Shown here piece by piece: positions 28,168 through 36,680 of a stretch of 64,000 nucleotides of DNA. Within the stretch, counting starts at the first letter, position 1. The number at the start of each line of letters is the position of its first letter. Origin of the DNA: an uncultured Chloracidobacterium sp. (GTDB lineage Bacteria; Acidobacteriota; Blastocatellia; Pyrinomonadales; Pyrinomonadaceae); assembly GCA_964528325.1 (NCBI GenBank), contig CAZGSC010000001.1, positions 6,003-70,002 on the forward strand, given 5' to 3'. The notes beneath the pieces were generated by a model that saw only the letters and a list, made by a program, of their open reading frames with translations, was not told where the DNA came from and made no database searches. The position numbers were made by a program, and so were the translations under genes.

Positions 28168-28791
28168 TTAATTATTATTGTAGAGCAAATCTGCTGCCGC
28201 TAAAGGATCATCGATAGCAAAATGAAGACGTTGGGCAGGAAAGTATATGTTCTCGTAGGCATCGATAGTCTGTTGCCGACCGAGGCCTTCCTGAGACCGA
28301 TCGATGCCCCGGTTTAACGATGTTTCAAAGCCGCATTCGACCCATACGCAGAGATCGAAATGTTTCACATAGCTGCGTTTAAATAGAAAGATACCTTCGA
28401 GCAAAATGATGTCGATGTTTTCGTAAGCATAGCGATGCTTATGGAATTCAGTTGATGTTTCATGAACGTGATCAGCTGTGAGATCAACTCTGCGGTCGTG
28501 TTTTAAGGGAAGGACAAGATCACGGAACATCTCATCGAATCTGATGGCGTTTTCGTAGAAATGCTTGCCCGGCTGTATGCTGCTGAATCGAACATCGGGC
28601 AAATTGAGCCAGCCATCGGCATTTATCAGGGCTAAATTGAAGTTTGCGGATAATGATTCCGCGAGTCTCGACGAAATATAGCCTTTGCCACATGCGTCAA
28701 TGCCGGAAATGCCGACGAGCAAACTTTGCTCTGCCGGCATCTCATTTCGCATTTTCAAAATGCGTTGTTTTGCTATGTCAAGGTCGGTCAT
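28168..28791 (-). CDS. P-loop kinase of the uridine kinase / phosphoribulokinase family
   Basis: It has a Walker A-like VGISGIDACGKGY. The start is taken at MTDLDIAK (28791), which overlaps the upstream stop as ATGA. Confidence 0.55.
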   Translation of the reverse strand: MTDLDIAKQRILKMRNEMPAEQSLLVGISGIDACGKGYISSRLAESLSANFNLALINADGWLNLPDVRFSSIQPGKHFYENAIRFDEMFRDLVLPLKHDRRVDLTADHVHETSTEFHKHRYAYENIDIILLEGIFLFKRSYVKHFDLCVWVECGFETSLNRGIDRSQEGLGRQQTIDAYENIYFPAQRLHFAIDDPLAAADLLYNNN

Positions 28792-30395
28792 TTTACATTC
28801 GGCCGAACGCCGGCGATGTTCAATCGTATTCGATATAGTCCGGTTCGGGCACACAAGTAAAGCGTCTTGCCGTCGTCGTCACCCCATGCCATGTTGTGGA
28901 CATGCTGCGGCGTGCGGATCGTGCCTAGGTGCTTGCCTTCGGGCGACAGAATTTGCAGGCCGCCTGGAGCGGAAACATAAACGTTGCCTGCCGTATCGAC
29001 CTTGATCCCGTCAAGAGCGTCTTCGCCGGGAAACGCGGTAAAGTCAAAGAACAGCTTGCCGTTCTTTAGTGTTCCGTCCGGCTGGACCTCGTAGCGCTTG
29101 ACCACCTTGTTTTTCTCGTCCCAGTTGCCGACGTAGAGATACTTTTCGTCGGGCGAAAATGCAATACCGTTCGGGCCGGTGAACTCTTTGGTCAGCAATT
29201 GGAGCTTTCCTTTGTATAAGGAATAGACGCCTGAGAACGGCAGCTCTTTGCGTTTGTCGTCAAAAAACTTTGGCAATCCAAATGGCGGATCGGTAAAGAA
29301 AAGTGTGCCGTCGGAGCGGTAAACGAGATCGTTCGGACTGTTGAGCCGCTTGCCTTCAAATTTGTCGGCGAGAACAGTTTCGCTGCCGTCTTTTTCGAGA
29401 CGAACAACGCGGTGATTGCCGTGTTGGTTGATTACGAGATCACCCTGCGGATCGAGTGTCAGACCGTTTGAACCAGGCTGGCCGTATTCGGCGATATCAG
29501 AGCCGCTATAGCCGCTCGGCGTGCGGAAAACGCTAAGTTTACCGTCGTTTGAATATTTGTAAATGATGTTCGAGTTCGGATCGCTAAAGAGCAAACCGTC
29601 GCCGACCCAGATCGGCCCTTCGGTAAATTTGAAGCCTTCGGCGAGTTTGAAAACCTTTGGGTTTGGGCCGACGATCTTGTTGATAGCTTCGTCCCTGCGA
29701 TCGACCTCGACATTGACCTCGCTTGGCGTGATCGCGAGCGGGCCGGCTTCGCCTTTGTAAAATTCAAGCTTTGCTTCGCGAACCCAGATGAAGTTGGTCG
29801 GCGGATTTGAGATCGGGCCGTTGATGCCAAATATCGCAAGCTGGATCTTCTGCCCCGGCTTTACATCACGGCCGATAACAAGACGATTCGGCGCGTTCCA
29901 ACCCGCGATAACGGAGCCGCCTTTTTGTCCGAGAAAGCGGGCGATCTCGCCGTTGACCCAAATCTCGGCGTAATCGTCGAGTGCGGTCTGAAATACGACC
30001 GTGGAGCCAACGGTTGAGAAGCCATCGACAAATTCGGGAATTGTTAGATTGACCCGATACCAATTGAACGAGAGCTTGCCGTTACCGCGACGTTTGGCAA
30101 GGTCAGTTGGTGCGACAACTAGCCAGTTGGCATCGTTAAAATCCGCAGCACCGGCATGCGGCGTGTAATCATAGGTTTTAACAGCCGGTCCGCTCGGCTG
30201 ATCGTCGGCACCGGCGGAGTTGAACTGGGCCTCGACAATGCGCGTGTCGCTGTATTTCCATTGGCCGTTGACGGCTTTGACACCATCGATAGTGGCAAGA
30301 TCGATCGATGCCGCGGGCTTGCCGCTCGGCACGTCCTGGGCGATCAAATGAGCCGCTAAAAGTATTGTAAATATGAGTGCGTTAAGAAATTTCAT
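28788..30395 (-). CDS. secreted SMP-30/gluconolactonase/LRE-family beta-propeller with an N-terminal jelly-roll-like domain
   Basis: It has a signal peptide (MKFLNALIFTILLAAHLIAQD). The C-terminal half has repeated propeller motifs (TEGPIWV..., NGLTLDPQGDLVI, PNDLVYRSDGTLFFTDP, GPNGIAFSPDEKYLYV, DGIKVDTAGNVYV). Confidence 0.7.
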   Translation of the reverse strand: MKFLNALIFTILLAAHLIAQDVPSGKPAASIDLATIDGVKAVNGQWKYSDTRIVEAQFNSAGADDQPSGPAVKTYDYTPHAGAADFNDANWLVVAPTDLAKRRGNGKLSFNWYRVNLTIPEFVDGFSTVGSTVVFQTALDDYAEIWVNGEIARFLGQKGGSVIAGWNAPNRLVIGRDVKPGQKIQLAIFGINGPISNPPTNFIWVREAKLEFYKGEAGPLAITPSEVNVEVDRRDEAINKIVGPNPKVFKLAEGFKFTEGPIWVGDGLLFSDPNSNIIYKYSNDGKLSVFRTPSGYSGSDIAEYGQPGSNGLTLDPQGDLVINQHGNHRVVRLEKDGSETVLADKFEGKRLNSPNDLVYRSDGTLFFTDPPFGLPKFFDDKRKELPFSGVYSLYKGKLQLLTKEFTGPNGIAFSPDEKYLYVGNWDEKNKVVKRYEVQPDGTLKNGKLFFDFTAFPGEDALDGIKVDTAGNVYVSAPGGLQILSPEGKHLGTIRTPQHVHNMAWGDDDGKTLYLCARTGLYRIRLNIAGVRPNVK

Positions 30396-30500
30396 GATGC
30401 TTAGACTCCCGAATCTTATTTACGAAAGGCCGCCGAGAACGCAGAGTTGTATGAAATAGTAAGTTGCCCTCTGTGTGCCTCGCGGCCTTGCGTTGAATTG

Positions 30501-31370
30501 CTAACGAACCTTGACGACGTAATACAGGAACGCGCCGTCAACTTTTTTGAACCAATGCGGCGTGCCTTTTGGCACGATGACGACGTCGCCTTTTTTGAGC
30601 TGGCGCGTCTCGCCGCCGTCTATCATCGAACCGCGAAATTCATTTGCCGCGATCATTTTGGGATCGACAGACTTGCCGCCGGTGATAAACGTCGCCGTGC
30701 CGTCGAGGACATAGATAATGTCGGTGTCGAGTTCGTGGACCTCGCTCATGCCCGCCTTTTCGCGGCGGCTGGCGTGGACCATGTAGTTCTCGCCGTTGGA
30801 ACCGTCTTCGAGCACCGCTCCTTTTGAAAAGGCGTCGGAAACGGTCTTGCTGTCAAAAAAAGTGACTGGCAGCATTTTGGCATTGCTCAAGGCTTCGGCT
30901 CCGGCTGTGGCGAGTTCCTCGTCCTGCACTGCCGACATCGCACCGGAAACACCGACGCCGCCGATAAGCTGGCCGTCAACCATGATCGGCACACCGCCCT
31001 GCAGCGGCGTAAAATCCGGCAGAGCGACCATCGCCGTGCGGCCGTTCTTGATAACGTCCTCAAAGAATTTGGTCGGACGTTTGAACATAACGGCGGTCTT
31101 TGCCTTGCCGATCGATATGTTCGCACCGGCGCTGAATGTTCCGTCGAGCCGTTCCAACGCGACGAGGTTTCCGCCGTCGTCAACAACGGCGATCACTCCG
31201 CCGGGCGCGTTATTCTTTCTCGCATATTCCTTTGCCGCAGCGATCGCGGTCCGAGCGCCTTCAAGGGTGATCGATTTTTTTTCTGTTGTTTGCGCATTAG
31301 TTGCGAACGCCAATAGAAGCAGCGACGCAGTAATAAATCCGGTATTCTTAAAAATGCTTTTCATAATCAT
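30501..31370 (-). CDS. secreted GlcG/HbpS-like (DUF336) domain fused to a cupin domain
   Basis: It has a signal peptide. The DUF336 pattern is ITLEGARTAIAAAKEYARKNNAPGGVIAVVDDGGNLVALERLDG...ISIGKAKTA...GGVPI. The C-terminal cupin-like sequence is HELDTDIIYVLDGTATFITGG...GDVVIVPKGTPHWF. Confidence 0.6.
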   Translation of the reverse strand: MIMKSIFKNTGFITASLLLLAFATNAQTTEKKSITLEGARTAIAAAKEYARKNNAPGGVIAVVDDGGNLVALERLDGTFSAGANISIGKAKTAVMFKRPTKFFEDVIKNGRTAMVALPDFTPLQGGVPIMVDGQLIGGVGVSGAMSAVQDEELATAGAEALSNAKMLPVTFFDSKTVSDAFSKGAVLEDGSNGENYMVHASRREKAGMSEVHELDTDIIYVLDGTATFITGGKSVDPKMIAANEFRGSMIDGGETRQLKKGDVVIVPKGTPHWFKKVDGAFLYYVVKVR

Positions 31371-31418
31371 TCCTTTTGCGGGCGACCGTGACCGCCCGTT
31401 TATCTTTTTGTAACTTTC

Positions 31419-32153
31419 TTAATTTGATTTCGCCGTGATGGTGATACACAACACCTCTTTGGTTTCCGGGTAAGTAAAGCCGTCCTTTACAAAATGAACA
31501 ACCCCATTCTCAGCTGCCCCCGTGTTCTTTGCACTTTGACGCGGCGCTTGTTCGCTGCCGATCCCGGGGGCCTGGTTGACTTCCGTTCCGGCATCCCAGA
31601 GCTGAAAATCGCCCGTGATGTCACCGCTGACAGGGTTGCCCTTTGCGTCAAACAACGCGAGCGCGGTTGCCGGTGCGTAAAACAGGTCGTTCGATTGGCC
31701 GTACATTGCTATGAGATCCAGCTTCATGCCCTTGGTTGCCGTGAACGTAAATTCAAATGCACCGCCGGGCAGAATAGGCGACGGCATATCGGCACCGACC
31801 GGCTTGTTGAAGATGCCCATATTTGCGCTGCCGATAACCGTCAGCAGATCCGCGGCAAACAACTCCGGATTGCCATCCTCAGCCTGTGCTTCGAGAGCCG
31901 CTGATGCTTTTTTGCCTTCATTAAAGAAGTCCGAATTTTTGCCTGTAATCACATAAATGCCCGGCGACACTGCAAATGGGTATTTCGTTCCGTCCTGAGC
32001 GGTGAGGCCATCTTTATCCGAAATATTTTCGACGCGAACGGTAAATGTCGCTTGCCTTTTTCCATTGCTGCTAAATGCAAATGTGCTCGTTTGCACGCTC
32101 ACGACCAAGGCCGTGGCGATTGTCATTGCTGTTATTAATTTTTGTTTCAACAT
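31419..32153 (-). CDS. secreted spondin_N-like domain protein
   Basis: It has a signal peptide (MLKQKLITAMTIATALVVSVQTSTFA). FTVRVENIS...PFAVSPGIYVITG...FNEGKKAS...LEAQAEDGNP is reminiscent of bacterial spondin-N proteins. Confidence 0.45.
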   Translation of the reverse strand: MLKQKLITAMTIATALVVSVQTSTFAFSSNGKRQATFTVRVENISDKDGLTAQDGTKYPFAVSPGIYVITGKNSDFFNEGKKASAALEAQAEDGNPELFAADLLTVIGSANMGIFNKPVGADMPSPILPGGAFEFTFTATKGMKLDLIAMYGQSNDLFYAPATALALFDAKGNPVSGDITGDFQLWDAGTEVNQAPGIGSEQAPRQSAKNTGAAENGVVHFVKDGFTYPETKEVLCITITAKSN

Positions 32154-32325
32154 ATAAATTCTCTCCGTAAATGTTCGATTGGTTTCACGCAAGCCGCACT
32201 TCGTATGGCCGCGTTTCAGCTTCGTAAATCCCAGAGTGCCGCCGTCTTATTCCAAAAAGAATCTTTGGAATAATCCGACCCTAGTGCGGAATTTCAAAAG
32301 CGGAGACCAGTATTTCCAAAAGCCT

Positions 32326-32865
32326 ATGAATGAGGATCTAGAAATTGAAGACTCACTTGAGTCTGCGGAAGATGTGCTGCTTAAAACACTCATCGACGAA
32401 CTGGAGCGCAGCGTGCAGATCATCGACGCTGTCGACGACATTTCGTTTTGCAGGATCGCAAACAACACCGGAGGTATTGGTGCCCAGTTCCGGCACAATC
32501 TGGATTTTGTCGGCAGCCTCTTAAAAGGCATCGACATTGGCCGGATCGATTACAACGATCGGGAGCGGGATGAACGGGTCGAGACAGATCGGCAATACGC
32601 TGCGAGACGATTCACAGACGCAATAGAACGGCTGAGCGGATTGAGTCCGAGGATCATGGCAAAGAGTGTGCTCATTCGTTCAGAGATCGATAACGACACG
32701 TGGCTGTCGTCGAGCGTCGCACGCGAGGTCGAATTTGTTCACAGCCACACAGTTCATCATCATGCGTTGATTGGTGAAAAGTTGGCCGGTTTTGGAATCA
32801 AGGTCACTGAGAATTTTGGCGTTGCTCCGTCAACACTCGAATATTGGAAAAAGAAGGCTGCGTAA
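32326..32865 (+). CDS. DinB-like (four-helix, His-rich) family protein
   Basis: The start is taken at MNEDLEIED. The motifs FRHNLDF and HSHTVHHHALI resemble DinB/DinB_2 metal-binding histidines. Confidence 0.4.
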   Translation: MNEDLEIEDSLESAEDVLLKTLIDELERSVQIIDAVDDISFCRIANNTGGIGAQFRHNLDFVGSLLKGIDIGRIDYNDRERDERVETDRQYAARRFTDAIERLSGLSPRIMAKSVLIRSEIDNDTWLSSSVAREVEFVHSHTVHHHALIGEKLAGFGIKVTENFGVAPSTLEYWKKKAA

Positions 32866-32888
32866 GCAGTCGCATTTAGGGGGAAATT

Positions 32889-33302
32889 ATGTCATCAAAA
32901 TTAAACATTATTAGCTGGATCTGCCGCATCATCGTGGCAGTCATATTATTTCAAACGCTGTTTTTCAAATTTACCGGAGCCGAGGAATCGAAATACATAT
33001 TCTCGACGCTGATGGGGCCGGAACTTGAAGCATATGGACGCATTGGTTCGGGCGTCGTTGAACTTTTTGCCGTCATTCTTTTGCTCATTCCGGGCAAGGC
33101 GTGGCTTGGTGCATTTGTCGCGCTGGGCACGATCTCGGGAGCGATCATGAGTCATCTGACGATGCTCGGCATTGTTGTTAAAGATGACGGCGGGCTGCTT
33201 TTCGGTTTGGCGGTCACGGTTTTTGTCTTAAGCGCGGTCGTTCTGCTGATCCATCGCCGTGATTTGCCGATCCTTGGCCGATTCTTAACTGTCCAACTCT
33301 AA
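32889..33302 (+). CDS. DoxX-like small membrane protein
   Basis: It is 137 aa with four hydrophobic segments. The N-terminus is ...AVILFQTLFFKFTGAEES. Confidence 0.5.
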   Translation: MSSKLNIISWICRIIVAVILFQTLFFKFTGAEESKYIFSTLMGPELEAYGRIGSGVVELFAVILLLIPGKAWLGAFVALGTISGAIMSHLTMLGIVVKDDGGLLFGLAVTVFVLSAVVLLIHRRDLPILGRFLTVQL

Positions 33303-33316
33303 CCGGCACAACACAC

Positions 33317-34981
33317 ATGCCCGACTTTTTACAAACCTTTCAACAAAGCGTTCCGGAATTATCCGCGGCCGCTTTGTTCTTTCTGTTCTTCTTTGGCACG
33401 TTTGTCAGCGAAGATGCTGCGTGTCTCGCCGCAGGAGCGACAGCGGCAAACGGCAGTATTGGATTTGCATCTGCATTAACGGCGTGTTTTCTCGGCATTT
33501 TTGCGGGTGATCTTTTGCTGTATGCGGCCGGCCGTGTGTTTGGAGATAGGATCTTCGAAAACCGTCTCGTGCAGCGGTTCGTTTCGGATGAGACAAAAAC
33601 AAAAGCCTCAGTATGGCTCGATAAGAACGGAGCTACGGCTGTGTTTCTTTCGCGTTTTGTGACTGGCCTGAGACTTCCCACATATCTCGCGGCCGGCGCA
33701 CTGCAGACCGATCTTAGAAAATTTGTGCTTTATTTCCTGCTCGCTTCCGCAATCTGGACGCCGATACTCGTTGGAGCGGCAACATTTACGCAACTTGGCA
33801 TTTTCCGACAGCACGCGATCGCTGGATTGATCATTATCGCTCTGGTCATTCGGCTGGCACTCAAATATTCATCACGAAAAAACCGTCGATTGCTCGTTGG
33901 GCGAATAAAGCGGATCGTGAATTGGGAATTCTGGCCGATACAGCTCTTTTACGCACCTGTAGTTCTATACGTGATCGGTCTCGCGTTCAACCACCGCAGC
34001 CTGACTGCCTTTACAGCGGTCAATCCCGTAATGCCGGCCGGCGGATTTAAGGGAGAATCGAAAAATGACATATACGAGCTGTTAAAAAAATCTGATGTTG
34101 CTCAGCCTTTTATGTTACGGCACAAACTATTCAGCTTAACTGAACCTGTTGCGGAAAAGGTGCTTCAGGCGCAACGTCTCATTGACGAACATCATTTGAA
34201 CTTTCCGCTGGTGCTCAAACCCGATGCCGGAGAACGCGGCAAGGACGTTCGTTTTGTCGGCTCATTCAACGAACTGGAAAGCGAGATCGCAGTGGCTAAA
34301 ACCGACCTCATTCTGCAAGAAAGTGTGTCTGGTGAAGAGATCAGCATTTTTTATTATCGTTACCCTGGTGATGTAAATGGCCAAATCTTTTCGATCACCG
34401 AAAAGGATTTTCCGTCTGTTGTTGGGGACGGACGCTCAACGTTGGAGGAGCTTATCCTGAACGACCAGCGTGCGGTATGTGTTGCCGAAAAATACTTCGA
34501 ACAAAATCGCGAACGGCTCGATAAGATTCCTGCCGCGGGCGAAGACGTGCAACTGATCGGCATCGGAACACATTCGCTCGGAGCTATATTTCTCGACGGT
34601 GACTGGCTAAAAACTGGCGCTCTGGAATCGAAGATCAATGACATTTGTCGCGGATCAGACGGATTTTATTTCGGACGCTTCGATATTCGGGCACCCACAT
34701 TTGCTGATATTCAACGGGGTGAGAATTTTAAGATCATCGAACTAAACGGCGTCACAAGTGAATCGACCAACATCTACGACCCGCGATATTCACTTTTTGA
34801 CGCATATCGGATTTTGTTTCGTCAGTGGCGAATAGCGTTTGAGATCGGTGCCGAAAACATTAAACTTGGAGCCAGTAGGACGAGCATTTTGGATCTTGCG
34901 AAACTGACTTTTGGGCTGGACATAGCGATGAAAAGACCAATCTCGATCGCAAATTTGAAACAGACAGACCAATGTGCGTGA
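33317..34981 (+). CDS. DedA/SNARE-associated membrane domain fused to a C-terminal ATP-grasp ligase domain
   Basis: The N-terminal ~200 aa are DedA-like (FFFGTFVSEDAACLAAG...GDLLLYAAGRVFG...FLSRFVTGLRLP). The C-terminal ~300 aa are ATP-grasp-like (FPLVLKPDAGERGKDV...LQESVSGEEISIFY...FKIIELNGVTSEST). Confidence 0.65.
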   Translation: MPDFLQTFQQSVPELSAAALFFLFFFGTFVSEDAACLAAGATAANGSIGFASALTACFLGIFAGDLLLYAAGRVFGDRIFENRLVQRFVSDETKTKASVWLDKNGATAVFLSRFVTGLRLPTYLAAGALQTDLRKFVLYFLLASAIWTPILVGAATFTQLGIFRQHAIAGLIIIALVIRLALKYSSRKNRRLLVGRIKRIVNWEFWPIQLFYAPVVLYVIGLAFNHRSLTAFTAVNPVMPAGGFKGESKNDIYELLKKSDVAQPFMLRHKLFSLTEPVAEKVLQAQRLIDEHHLNFPLVLKPDAGERGKDVRFVGSFNELESEIAVAKTDLILQESVSGEEISIFYYRYPGDVNGQIFSITEKDFPSVVGDGRSTLEELILNDQRAVCVAEKYFEQNRERLDKIPAAGEDVQLIGIGTHSLGAIFLDGDWLKTGALESKINDICRGSDGFYFGRFDIRAPTFADIQRGENFKIIELNGVTSESTNIYDPRYSLFDAYRILFRQWRIAFEIGAENIKLGASRTSILDLAKLTFGLDIAMKRPISIANLKQTDQCA

Positions 34982-35697
34982 TATATTTGGCTTTCAGCCA
35001 ACATCCGGATCATCCGCTGATATTACTTGCCAACCGGGACGAGTTTTATGACCGGCCATCGCAGGCCGCGAGGTTTTGGGATGATCTTCCGAACATATAC
35101 GGCGGACGTGATCTGGTTGGCGGCGGCACATGGCTAGGCGTCACCAAAGGCGGCAGGTTTGCAGCGGTGACTAATTATCGCGATCCGTCGGCTCCGATCG
35201 GTATACGATCGCGCGGCAATTTAGTCGCTGATTTTCTCAAATCCAACGAGCGAGCAAACCATTATTTAGGGCAAGTAAAAACCGTATCGAACGAATATTC
35301 AGGCTTTAACCTGATCGCCGGCGAACTTTCCAGCGGCAGGCATGAACTTTTTTATTACTCAAATCGCGGAAATGATGTCCAAGAACTCGGTCCCGGGATA
35401 TATGGCCTGAGCAATCATCTCCTCGATACTCCTTGGCCAAAAGTCGCGAAAGGTAAGGTCCAATTCGCCAACCTACTAAGCAATGGCCATTTTTCTCCGG
35501 AGGAATTGTTCGAAATTCTCGCCGACGAATCTCTCGCCGACGACAAAAATCTGCCCTCAACGGGCGTACCTTATGAGACAGAGAAAGCTATCTCCGCAGT
35601 ATTTATCAAAACACCCGGCTACGGCACCCGTTGCTCGACTATACTGACTTTCGATAATAATTTTGATTGGAAATTCGAGGAGCGGGTATTTGTTTGA
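34972..35697 (+). CDS. NRDE-family (TANGO2/DUF833) protein
   Basis: It starts MCVIYLAF...LILLANRDEFYDRP (NRDE motif) and continues GGTWLGV, FAAVTNYR. It overlaps the upstream gene by 10 nt. Confidence 0.75.
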   Translation: MCVIYLAFSQHPDHPLILLANRDEFYDRPSQAARFWDDLPNIYGGRDLVGGGTWLGVTKGGRFAAVTNYRDPSAPIGIRSRGNLVADFLKSNERANHYLGQVKTVSNEYSGFNLIAGELSSGRHELFYYSNRGNDVQELGPGIYGLSNHLLDTPWPKVAKGKVQFANLLSNGHFSPEELFEILADESLADDKNLPSTGVPYETEKAISAVFIKTPGYGTRCSTILTFDNNFDWKFEERVFV

Positions 35698-35699
35698 GG

Positions 35700-36518
35700 T
35701 CAGGAAAACATCCGTCGGTATTTTTCGTTCATCCTTCGCACGTCAAACACCACAAAAAAATCGATTGTACCAAATTGGCGGTCGATCATTGGCGGGCTGC
35801 AGACTCGGGCTCCGAGACGGAGATACATATTGAAAAGAGCAGGCAGGTCAACATCGTTCTCGTCCGCTGTATCAGTCACACATAGACCATTACGAAGTGG
35901 CTTGACCGTCAATTGTTCGTGAAAATATCCTTCACGGGAAAGTTGGCGAAATGCCTTTCTGCCTGTCTCAGGATTTGCGTCAAAGATCGAGCAGCAGCCA
36001 AAAAAATATCGTTTGCCGGTGTGTTCAAGATACGCCAGAAGGCCCTTCCATAATAGAAAAAGCACTTTCGTGTTTCGGTGGTCTTTTGAAATACAGGCCC
36101 GGCCGATCTCAATGCCGTGCCGCAGCACGTCCTTCGGTAAGTCTTCGATCGTAAACTCGCTCGCTGAGTAAAAGCCGCTTATGGAGCCCGCGGATTCGAG
36201 TGTGTTCAGGCGATATGTGCCTACAGTCAAACCGGTGTCACGATCGATCACGATCAAATGCCGACATTTGAAATCGTAGGCGTCGAATTCCAGCCGAGAG
36301 TCGGTGGGCTGCGCCGTTTCACCGCCAAGCTCAACAGTGAATACTTCATGGCGAAGCCTAAGCGCCGTGGCCACTTCGCCTGCATTTCTTGCAAGACGGA
36401 CTTCATACCGCCCCGATTCGATCAAAGGAAAATCGTCCGCAACACGTTCAACAGAAACGCGCGGTCGGTGTTTGAAAACTGGTTTGGTTGATACGCGGAT
36501 CTTACCTAGAGCTTGCAT
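35700..36518 (-). CDS. GNAT-type N-acyltransferase (OlsB / hemolysin-like N-acyl amino acid synthase family)
   Basis: LRHEVFTVELG...DAYDFKCRHLIVIDRDTGLTVGTYRL...GIEIGRACISKDHRN...LWKGLLAYL is typical of the Acetyltransf_5 family. Confidence 0.6.
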   Translation of the reverse strand: MQALGKIRVSTKPVFKHRPRVSVERVADDFPLIESGRYEVRLARNAGEVATALRLRHEVFTVELGGETAQPTDSRLEFDAYDFKCRHLIVIDRDTGLTVGTYRLNTLESAGSISGFYSASEFTIEDLPKDVLRHGIEIGRACISKDHRNTKVLFLLWKGLLAYLEHTGKRYFFGCCSIFDANPETGRKAFRQLSREGYFHEQLTVKPLRNGLCVTDTADENDVDLPALFNMYLRLGARVCSPPMIDRQFGTIDFFVVFDVRRMNEKYRRMFS

Positions 36519-36680
36519 AGAAATTCAACGATACGCATTGGTGATCGTAGCCCAGTTAGTAGATTTAAGTTTCACACTCACTGCCTCGTTGGTTGTATCC
36601 CTAGTCACGAGAAAACTATTCCGCAAAAAACGATCACTCCGTTGCAAATGTTACATATGAACGCCGATTTGAGAATGTAG

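Noticed and set aside
10184-36680. Searched for an integrase, transposase, relaxase or phage structural gene to support mobility of the putative island
   Set aside because: I recognised none in any listed ORF. The island hypothesis therefore rests only on the direct-repeat geometry and is reported as inference.
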